Shown here: in pieces, positions 54,071 through 64,000 of the stretch
How positions within the stretch are numbered: the stretch's first letter is position 1
How the letters are laid out: each line of letters begins with the position of its first letter
DNA from: Haliotis cracherodii
Lineage: Eukaryota
Assembly (NCBI RefSeq): GCF_022045235.1
Contig: NW_027266275.1
Location: forward strand, 72,354,001-72,418,000
Direction of reading: 5' to 3'
Length of the DNA stretch: 64,000 nt
The notes under the pieces: generated by a model
Told to the model about the DNA's origin: nothing
Seen by the model: only the letters and a program-made list of their open reading frames with translations
Database searches by the model: none
Made by a program: the position numbers and the translations under genes

Positions 54071-54810
54071 CGATGTTTTGTTTGATATAAAAATGGGCTA
54101 AACAAAAAAAGCAAAGTTAAAAACAGACTGTCGACTTTATTTAAGAATGAAATAAATGTTTTAAGTGTTTATGGAGGTATAAACGTAAAAGAAAACGGTG
54201 TGCATATTGTTTAAAACATACTGCAGTCAATTCTTATCTAACAAATACGTCAACAATAATAACTTCACAGATTGCTTATTTGATCATTGACAGAGTAAAA
54301 CCACGAAAACTGTAGACAAGAATACGAAATCCGCGCCATCGTTCAGTGCAATAATGCTATCAAATGGCCAACCACAAGCAATTTATTATATTTTTTTATT
54401 TATTTACGAATACATGATTTCAGACCATATTATTAAAAGAGTTCATCAATGAAACATGTAAACACATTTGAGAAATTCTGGTAAGCCAGGATAAGTTGAG
54501 TTGTGACAAGAAAACTAACCCCGTATGTATGAGGTGCGCCCACTGGCGCGGACCATTGTGACGAAGGGGGCAGCGGGTGGTCAGCGACAAGTAGTACGAT
54601 GGATATGTGCGTGTCCTGTCTCGGCTAACAGCGACTTCTAGGGGCAATGCTAGCTTTTGACACTGCTTGAGTTTTATTTGTACACTCTTTCTCCATGTAA
54701 TTTATGACATTATAGGACAATTCCTGAGCCTTAGAATGTATGATTTGGCCATGCTTACCTAGCTTTGACATGAATATTTGTTTGTAATTAACTTCTGTCA
54801 AACGACTTTG

Positions 54811-56001
54811 AAACGTAGCGGGGCCTATCTATCCCTAAACGTAGCGGGGCTCTATCTATCCCTGAACGTAGCGGGGCTCGCTCTATCCCTGAACGTAGGG
54901 GGCTCTATCTATTCCTGAACGTAGCGGGGCCTATCTATTCCTAAACGTAGCGGGGCTCTATCTATCCCTGAACGTAGCGGGCTCTATCTATCCCTAAATG
55001 TAGCGGGACTCTATCTATCCCTAAATGTAGCCGGGCTCTATCTATCCCTGAACGTAGTGGGGTTCTATCTATCCCTAAATGTAGCGGGGCTCTATCTATC
55101 CCTGAATGTAGCGGGGCTTATCTATCCATGAACGTAGCGGGGCTCGCTCTATCCATGAACGTAGCGGGGCTCTATCTATCCCTGAATGTAGCGGGGCTCT
55201 ATCTATCCCTGAATGTAGCGGGCCTCTATCTATCCCTTAATGTAGCTGGGCTTATCTATCCATGAACGTAACGGGGCTCGCTCTATCCATGAACGTAGTG
55301 GGGCTCTATCTATTCCTAAACGTAGCGGGTCTTTATCTATCCCTGAACGTAGTGGGGTTCTATCTATCCCTAAATGTAGCGGGGCTCTATCTATCCCTGA
55401 ATGTAGCGGGGCTTATCTATCCATGAACGTAGCGGGGCTTGCTCTATCCATGAACGTAGCGGGGCTCTATCTATCCCTGAATGTAGCGGGCCTCTATCTA
55501 TCCCTGAATGTAGCGGGCCTCTATCTATCCCTGAATGTAGCGGGGCTTATCTATCCATGAACGTAACGGGGCTCGCTCTATCCATGAACGTAGTGGGGCT
55601 CTATCTATTTCTAAACGTAGCGGGGCTCTATCTATCCCTGAACGTAGTGGGGTTCTATCTATCCCTAAATGTAGCGGGGCTCTATCTATCCCTGAATGTA
55701 GCGGGGCTATATCTATCCCTGAACGTAGCGGGGCTCTATCTATCCATGAATGTAGCGGGGCTCTATCTATCCCTGAATGTAGCGGGGCTCTATCTATCCC
55801 TGAACGTAGCGGGGCTCGATCTATCCATGAACGTAGCGGGGCTCTGTCTATCCATGAATGTAGCGGGGCCTAGCTATCCGTGAACGTAGCGGGGCTCTAT
55901 CTATCCTTAAACATAGGGGGCTCTATCTATCCCTGAATGTAGCGGGGTTCTATCTATCCCTGAACGTAGCGGGGTTCCATCTATCCCTGAACGTAGCGGG
56001 C
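54811..56001. repeat. 27-bp minisatellite, about 44 copies
   Basis: Unit AACGTAGCGGGGCTCTATCTATCCCTG. Confidence 0.96.
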
Positions 56002-56469
56002 TTGTATACATCTTTGGAGTATAATAGAAAAATGATTATACCTCAAGTAGAGTCAAGGGAATACTAAGGTTCCTTCCTGGCAGGCAACATGCGTTATACA
56101 TCGCATCCGTCGATCCGTTGACCGACTGATCCCGCCTAACATAAGCTGTACAAGCATTAATTGGCTACATAATAACCTTGTACACAGACTTTCCTAAAAG
56201 ACATTTGATGTTTTGTTATAATAACACATTTTTTTTATAACCGTGACAACACCATCTATTAAATTTCACAGTTATCACCAGAAAAAGCAATGATTAAATG
56301 TGAAAAAAATGATACGGTTGTTTTAGTCCGTTGTCCTTGAGTAGACGAACTCTCTTCCCGGAATCATGCCAAACGGTGACCAGCTGGTACTATCTGGACA
56401 GCAATCAAGGCCATATTAGACCAACATGGTGTCAGTTACTGGTGTATGTAAACTTCATGCATGATCCAG

Positions 56470-57030
56470 TTCTAGTGGGGTACTGAGCAGTGTTGTAGTA
56501 GACAGTGTCCCTGGAACATACGAGTAATCTGGCTTTGATGGGTTTTTTTTATGGATCTTGATGGTGGCACGGACATGGGGAGGTTGTGGGTGTGAGGCGG
56601 AAAGTTTGTAGTACTGCTGGGTAGTGAACTTAAAGGTGTCTCAGGGTGGACTTGTGTTGGCGTCTAGTCTGCCAGTTGGGTCTTTCTTAAGCTTCAGGTA
56701 GGTGGTAGCGTGAGACAGCATCTTGTTGACCAGGGAGTGGAACCTAGACTTAACTAGGATGTCAGTGGCTCTACCCTTGTCAGCTGGGTCAATGGTGATG
56801 TCTGGGTCTTCCTTGAGGTCTTTGATGGGTTTTCTGGGCTCGAGTGAGGTTTGGTGTTTGTGATGGGGCCTTTTGAAGAATGTGGCTGATCTGATGGCGC
56901 AAGTAGTCAATCTTTCCATCTGGGGTGAGTTGCTGGAGGCCTTTCTCGATGTTGCTGATGAAGTCATGATAATGTTGGCGGGGCAAGGTTGGAGCACATG
57001 CGAGCCGTGGCTTAGGACAAAAGGACTTAG
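56470..57030 (-). pseudogene. Penelope-like element reverse-transcriptase relic (frameshifted)
   Basis: DPDITIDPADKGRAT, TYLKLKKDPT and, after a frameshift, PPHVRATIKIHKK..ARLLVCSRDTVYYNTAQY resemble the PLE N-terminal RT motifs (ADKG, PKIHK, RPIVS, YNLAK). Confidence 0.7.
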
Positions 57031-57445
57031 GACGTCGATTAACAGAGATCAAAGGTATTACATCTCGTCTGCCTATGTAGATCTAATCAAGCAATAGAGT
57101 ATTTTAATTAGGATCCCATCAACTCGTCTCAACAGTTAAGTCCTTTTAATCCGTATCTTTACTGTACACCTGGCTTCTTTACCGGTCTTCAGCAGCCCAT
57201 GCTTGTCGTAAGAGGCGACGGGATCGGGTGGTCAGGCTCGCTGACTTGTCATCATATCCGATTTGCGGTGATCGATTCGATGTTATCAATCACTGGATTG
57301 CCTGGTTCAGAATCGATTATTTACAGACCGCCCTCATATAGCTGGAATGTTGCTGAGTGCAGCGTTAAACAAACAAACAAGCAAAAATCATTACCTGTTA
57401 TTCTTACTGTACATTTAGCTTATCCAATTATCTGTATGCTACTTT

Positions 57446-57715
57446 GACCCGTGTAGATCCGGGGTAGAATATGTCTTCAGCACCCCATGCTTGCCATAGA
57501 AGGCGACTATGCTTGTCGTCAAAGGCGATTAATGGGATCGTGTGGTCAGGCTTGCTGACTTGGTTGATGCATGTCATCGTATCGCAATTGCGTGGATCGA
57601 TGTTCATGATGTCAATCACTGGATTGTCTGGTCCGGACTCGATTATTTAAAGACTGCCGTCAAATAGCTGGAACATTGCTGAGTGTGGTGTTAAACAACA
57701 AACAAACAAAACAAA
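57446..57715 (+). mobile_element. SINE-like family B (no tRNA head), full-length copy
   Basis: Starts GACCCGTG and ends GCTGGAACATTGCTGAGTGTGGTGTTAAAC(AAAC)n. TSD CTGTATGCTACTT at 57432-57444 and 57716-57728. Other copies at about 1-180, 2440-2600(-), 18010-18255(-), 19809-20098, 20287-20418, 30735-30973(-), 38255-38510, 39404-39660, 50830-51030, 57183-57385 and 58136-58365. Confidence 0.85.
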
Positions 57716-58363
57716 CTGTATGCTACTTGTTACCTATTACCTGTTGTTGTCAATGTTAATCTGCTGATTATCACAATATACCATGCATACATACCTCTCA
57801 TCACTTGGTTAACAGCTTGATAAGGGTGCAAGAATCTACACCAAAACTCGTCCCTATATGCAATAAACCAGAAGCTAACAGTTAAGTCCTTAGCCAGTAT
57901 CCTCAAATCATGTTTTATCATATGAGCTGCGACTTCCATGGTGCCATCAACACTAGTGTCCTCCTTATTGTCTGTTTTGTAGATGCCTATAACCTGTCTA
58001 AACTAGCTAACAATGAATCCAGATTGTGAAGCACCCATGCAGAAACATACAGGAATATCCTCTATGTTGTCTCTGGTCTTTGTTGTTGAGAGGAAACACT
58101 TGACAACATAAAACCTATCTCTATCATACTGATATGACCAATGAAGATCCGGGTTGGAATTGATCCTCAGCAACCCATGCTTGTTGTAAGAGGTACCTTA
58201 CGGGATTAGGTGGTCAGGTCCGCTGACTCAGTTGATGCATTTCATCATATCCTAATTGCACAGACCGATACTCATGATGTTAATCACTGAACTGTCTGGC
58301 TCAGACACGAATATATAGAGGCCGCCATCATGTATCCAGAATAGTGCTGAGTACGGCCTTAAA

Positions 58364-58540
58364 ACAACAAGAGTTTGCCACTAACTAATTTCTCAATAGC
58401 AAAAGGCACCAGTTCAGCATGTACCTGACAGACCTGCAAAGTTTGATGAAAACATATTGAACGGTTTATGAGTTGTGCTCCGGAAACGAAACGACCCGTT
58501 TCTATATTCCCCCGCCAACTTTGTTGGGCGGGGGATAACA
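58364..58540 (-). mobile_element. Short HINE copy of the same family
   Basis: Reverse complement of the 3' end (AACAAGAGTTTGCCACTAA), the shared core AAAAGGCACCAGTTCAG, and the CCCCCGCC..GGCGGGGGATAA inverted repeat. Confidence 0.7.
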
Positions 58541-59135
58541 AACAAACATAGAGATATGAACAACACAGCCAACTTTTCAGGGTATTTAATATCACAGATA
58601 TATTTACAAATATTGCTGAATCAGCACTTTCTGTGACTGTGACCATGAATTCTGTGACAATACGCTCCTATATTTCAACAACAGGGACCATGAAGTAATG
58701 GTTAACAACAGTTTCATCCATACTGTTAGATTTGCATGTTATTGCTTCTGCAAGTCATGATCAACAATGATTCAGATATATAAAACAATCATACTTTTAT
58801 AACATATGGAAAAACCTTGTCTACATGTTCCACATCTTCTCTGAGTCAGCTATGGGGAAACTATGGTCACTCAAATAGAACTTGGTTCTAAATAGAATCT
58901 TTGAGTCAAAACTCTTCTTTTCAAACAATACAACTAAAGCATTATGCTTTAACTCAGTACTCGGTGACTACTGCTGTCTCAGTACCAGTTAAACATCTGT
59001 CCTTCCCATTTGTTTCCTAACAATCACAATTAAAACTCTCAATCCACATTCCCAGAAAAGTGAAAGTTCTTACTGTTTCTTAAATCCCTTCAGGAGGAAT
59101 AAGAAGAATAAGTGAGCTGTTGGCTAATGTACAAA

Positions 59136-59507
59136 GACCTGTGATTGGTCAAAACAGCTGGTTCAAATTTCTCTGAATCTACTGTGATGTGACCTGTGAT
59201 TGGTCAAAACAGTTGGTTCTACTTTCTCTGAATCTACTGTGATGAGACCTGTGATTGGTCAAAACAGTTGGTTCTACTTTCTCTGAATCTACTGTAATGA
59301 GACCTGTGACTGGTCAAAACAGTTGGTTCTACTTTCTCTGAATCTACTGTAAAGAGACCTGTGATTGGTCAAAACAGCTGGTTCAACTTTCTCTGAATCT
59401 ACTGTACAGAGACCTGTGATTGGTCAAAACAGCTGGTTCAACTTTTTCTGAATCTACTGTACAGAGACCTGTGATTGGTCAAAACAGCTGGTTCAACTTT
59501 TTCTGAA
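59136..59507. repeat. About 55-bp tandem repeat containing ATTGG/CCAAT and CAGCTG
   Basis: GACCTGTGATTGGTCAAAACAG(C/T)TGGTTC..TTTCTCTGAATCTACTGT units, about 7 copies. Confidence 0.93.
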
Positions 59508-60759
59508 GCAATCCAAGCTTAGTGGCAGTAGCTGTCCATGGGTAGGTGTGGAACATGTGGGCTGGTTTTCCATAATGAACCCTACACAAATATGATGATA
59601 CACATTGTGAGACAAATAAATCATTTGAGATTCCCGAAGAAAGCTTCAATCAAGGATGATTCTGAGCTACACCCAAAGGTGTTGAACACATGACACACTG
59701 GTTTCACTGTAACCAAATACTATTGACCTTACGGCAATAATGACACAGGGTCACTTTAGTACAAATATGATCAACATGTAAGTTTGCAAGTCTCTCTGAG
59801 AATCAAAAGGCACACAACAGAGATTCATTTGGACGGAGTTTATATCAGTATAACATGATGCATCACTTTCCAGACAATTTCTGCTAACATCTCGGAAGTG
59901 AACCAGTTTTACAAGAGAGTCATCATCACAGAGCATAAGAAACTATTTTGTGCAAGGTGAAAAACTGACTGCTGTGATCACATGTATGTTGGTTGTAACA
60001 AATGTTTGAAAATAGGGTCCGGTATCTTACTTGATAAACAGTACAGTGTTCAAGTTCTCAGTTTAAACTTAGAGGTTAAGTTGAGTCCCAGCATTAGAAA
60101 CTAACAGTTTTCGTCCACTAGTCCTTATAATGATAACATATAGCAAAACCCTTAAAAATGGCAATTTTCTACTAGTCCTTATGATACCTTTACCATTGGA
60201 CAATTTGGCAAGGACCATAGGACTAGTGCCAATTTCTAACCCTGGGTTAACCAATGTCCCACCATATAGATGTTAACACTGTGGCTATGACATGTCCCTT
60301 CACAACGAGTGAGTATAGTTTTATGCCGCTTTTAGCAATATTCCAGCAATATCACGTAAGGGAACACCAGAAATGAGCTTCACGCATTGTATGCATGTGG
60401 GGAATCGAACCTGGGCCTTCAGCATGATGAGAGACTGGTTTAACCACTAGGCCACCCCTTCACAATGAACTTGTTTAAAACTACCAGATAACCATGTCAT
60501 TGTACGGCTACATAAGGAGAATGTGGGAAAGGCTTTTCAGACACAATGGTTTCTGACTTCCAAGATATCTGGGTCCATGTGAACAAAGGTTATAAAGTTA
60601 AGTATTAGGAAAGTATTGATATGTCAAATATTTGCTGCAAAATATCCGTTTCTTTTCTGAAAATGACTACAAGCTTGAGATTCAGCTGTCACTGCACAAA
60701 GGTAGTCAGGCCATGTGGAATGTGGAGAGACATGCTTCATGTCTTGTAGGGTACAGAGA

Positions 60760-63700
60760 TTAGAAGTCATTGTCACTATCATCAAGTCCTGGCTGTGGTT
60801 GTTGGGCCCGCCTCCTCGGCGGCCCTGGCCCCATCTCCACCTCCTCACCACTGTCATCCTCTTCATCATCATCATCGTCGTCATCGTCCAGGTCGATCTC
60901 AGAGTCTCCCGACCCTTCTGACCCACTTTCCTGAAGTCAAGACATTGCATACATCAGTACTAGTGACTAGCATTAGGAATTCTACAGCAGTTTCATCACT
61001 CTTATTTTGTCTTGATAGAACATTCTTTTATATCATTATCAGCTTTGAATGGACATTCTGGATAACTTTCAGTCAATGTCCAAGAATAGGAGCCAAGTCT
61101 GTGTACAGGCTTGAGAAACTGCACACGATGACAAGATCTCAGTTCCAATAAAATGGGTCAATATCAGAGTATAAATTAGGAGATAAGCATACTGTGTTTT
61201 CAATGTAGAGCTATTCATAAATATTATAAGTGCTGGTCTCTAGCCAAGAAAATTGATTAGTTTAGCCCACACTGAGAGCAGGCCTGTAATTGCGTAGGTT
61301 GGCAGATCAACTGATAGACTAACACTTAATCTCTGAAAATACATTTTTGGACACAAAGAAACAACATTTAAATTGAAAAGGAGCCCCACTGAATTGGAAT
61401 ATTCAGAACCTGTGGAAAATCTAGACCTCATTAAGAGCTACATCATTACAGTAAAAACTGGGCTGAAGAGGAAAATAATATGATTCAGTGACTATGACAT
61501 CGGCCTAAAACACATTAGGGTTTTGAAGCTGAAATTGTGTGTTTACTGGTATGTCCAAAGAGACTAACGAACTGACCTCACTGATGTCTGGGTTCATGCC
61601 TCCCCGCACCATCTGGTTCCCTAATGTTCTGGCTCCTGTAGCAGCTGAAACACAACACAGTTCACATCAGTTGATATGTACATAGACAATGTAACAAAGC
61701 AGCTCTAGCAAACCCAATATGATTACAAATGCTTATGGTCTAGGGGAGATAACTCACCTTCAGGTCGTGTGCGATGGTGGACTGGCCTCTGTTTCTTCTC
61801 AACCTGATCATCCTCGGATTCATTGTCATCATCATCGTCTGGGCCTGGAAGAAATGCATATGAATGTCACCAAGACCGAACTTCACATCCTACATTGACT
61901 TTGCTTCCCACAGGATCAGGTTCACGTGCGATATTCCACCCCGCAGACTTTCTGTTCCACTCATCTTGGATATTACACACTTGAAAATTCCATAAATTCT
62001 AATTTTTTCCTACAACCAAACAGCTATAACTTTCTAGATTTCATGTAGTTGTAATAGCATTGACGAATAATATCAGTTATTTCATTTTAGATTGATTAAT
62101 TAGTGCACCAACACTATCAAAATGATAGCGGCTGTTGACTGACCGAACATGTCGTCGTCCTGTTCATCTTCAGGAGTTATCTGCTGCTGTTTCCTCTCTT
62201 CGGTGCGGATCTTCTCCGCCATCACCTTCAACACCGCCTCCGTCTCCTGCAATACCATACCAAGATACAGGGGAGTCACAAGGATCACTACTCCAGCACC
62301 ACACCCGTAACATTGCAGAAGGCGAACATAGCAAGTAATGTCTTGATTTGACTTGGTACCTCAAGTTTGTCGGCCCCTTATGTGTGCATATACTATATTT
62401 GACCTAGTACCTCAATCTTGTCAGCCCCCGTATGTGTGCATATACTATATTTGACCTAGTACCTCAATCTTGTCAGCCCTCGTATGTGTGCATATACTAT
62501 ATTTGACCTAGTACCTCAATCTTGTCAGCCCCCGTATGTGTGTATATACTATATTTGACCTAGTACCTCAATCTTGTCAGCCCCCGTATGTGTGCATATA
62601 CTATATTTGACCTAGTACCTCAATCTTGTCAGCCCCCGTATGTGTGCATATACTATATTTGACCTAGTACCTCAATCTTGTCAGCCCCTGTATGTGTGTA
62701 TATACTATATTTGACCTAGTACCTAAATCTTGTCAGCCCCCGTATGTGTGCATATACTATATTTGACAAGTACCTCAATCTTGTCAGCCCCCGTATGTGT
62801 GCATATACTATATTTGACCTAGTACCTCAATCTTGTCAGCCCCCGTATGTGTGCATATACTATATTTGACCTAGTACCTCAATCTTGTCAGCCCCCGTAT
62901 GTGTGCATATACTATATTTGACCTAGTACCTCAATCTTGTCAGCCCCCGTATGTGTGCATATACTATATTTGACCTAGTACCTCAATCTTGTCAGCCCCC
63001 GTATGTGTGCATATACTATATTTGACAAAGTACCTCGATTTTATCGGCCTCGACACGGTGGTACTCCTCCTGCTGCTGCTCTAGGTAGGTGAGGTTGCGG
63101 AACTTAATGAGGTAGGCATCATACAACTTCTGCAGATCTTCCTCCAGCTTCTCGTACTCATCCATGTAGGCTGGCCTGCAAGGGCCATCACAGCGTCAAC
63201 ACAGGGGCGCAGTAAAGCAGGGAGCAACACATTTGTACTAAACATCTAGCTCTTTTAACAGACTTCATGCAGTCTTCCTCCAGACCCTATACCTCCATTG
63301 TAATGTTTTCAGCACACATCTATATACACTTCATTATCCAGTGGAGGACACCAGACACAGGCATCACACATGATTGTACCCACAAGGTTACATGTTCTTT
63401 TGGCATGAAGACCGGACGCTTTAACAACTGAACGTCCCACCACCCTCAATATTAATAATAATAGGCCATTTATATTGTAAATATTTCTACACTACTCAGG
63501 GACATGCTCAAACGCTATTATGACCCCAGTCACTGGATCAGTCTCCACTAAGAATCAATCTCAGCTCCTTGGGGTGTATACAACCCAAGCTGTCTGTTAG
63601 GTGCGAGATGGTTAACAACCACCTCATCCTACTGGGTACCCATTCACTGGTGTGTGAACAGAGGCACAATTCGAACAAAGTCACTTGCCCAAGGAGACGC

Positions 63701-63938
63701 CACATGTTTTACATGTGCTTCAGTGTGGGGCAGGACAGAAGCTCTATTTTGATATTTCTAACAACATTGCTTTCAAACAGCTATTTCTTTCTTTGCTGAG
63801 TTACCTGACACTCTGTAGAGTCTGCAGCCTCTTCTGGTTCCGGTCCAGCTCCGTCTTCTTCTTCTCAATCTTTGCCTCCAGGTTGGCCTCGTCGGACGCC
63901 ACATTGTCCAGCATGTTCAGAGTCTTCTTTATTTCATT
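60760..63938 (-). CDS. CLUAP1: Clusterin-associated protein 1 / IFT38, 3' portion (5' exons lie beyond the window)
   Basis: Exons 63805-63938, 63034-63175, 62144-62246, 61758-61844, 61577-61644, 60760-60930. Peptides [52 protein letters not shown] and [11 protein letters not shown], with an acidic tail ending DDSDNDF-stop. Confidence 0.93.
62345..63050. repeat. 52-bp tandem repeat (about 13 copies) containing the CLUAP1 exon end and donor
   Basis: Unit TACTATATTTGACCTAGTACCTCAATCTTGTCAGCCCCCGTATGTGTGCATA, continuous with the junction at 63033/63034. Confidence 0.95.
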
Positions 63939-64000
63939 CTGAGGGTAAAAGGCCAACATCAGTTCTACTGCAACTGTATCAACATGCTCTCATCAGTCCA

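Noticed and set aside
55557-55883. ORF (LSLNVAGLY)n resembling a repeat protein
   Set aside because: Translation of the 27-bp minisatellite, with frequent frameshifts elsewhere in the array.

Overview
Eukaryotic, intron-rich animal genomic DNA. The repeat content suggests a mollusc, probably a gastropod (inference). Six protein-coding genes were assembled by hand from GT-AG exons: MICU1 (-, 11 coding exons), PCNA (+, 6 exons), TMA16 (-, intronless CDS), MRPL12 (+, 5 exons), cytosolic-type SHMT (-, 7 coding exons) and the 3' part of CLUAP1/IFT38 (-, runs off the window end). MICU1/PCNA and TMA16/MRPL12 are head-to-head pairs. Introns and spacers hold several SINE families, MITEs, Helentron-type HINEs, a Penelope-like RT relic and about 13 minisatellites. 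There is an assembly gap at 19055-19217. The most notable observations are: (1) five tandem arrays in three genes whose unit copies the adjacent 5' splice site, usually with the exon end, making arrays of decoy donors; (2) a 710-bp element with AGTAGT termini, Polinton/Maverick-like, whose empty insertion site survives in a local duplication; (3) a TSD-flanked SINE-like family with no tRNA head and a putative pseudoknotted 5' RNA structure (ribozyme candidate); (4) a candidate MICU1 micro-exon at the position of the vertebrate MICU1.1 micro-exon; (5) an inverted duplication bracketing two MICU1 exons.
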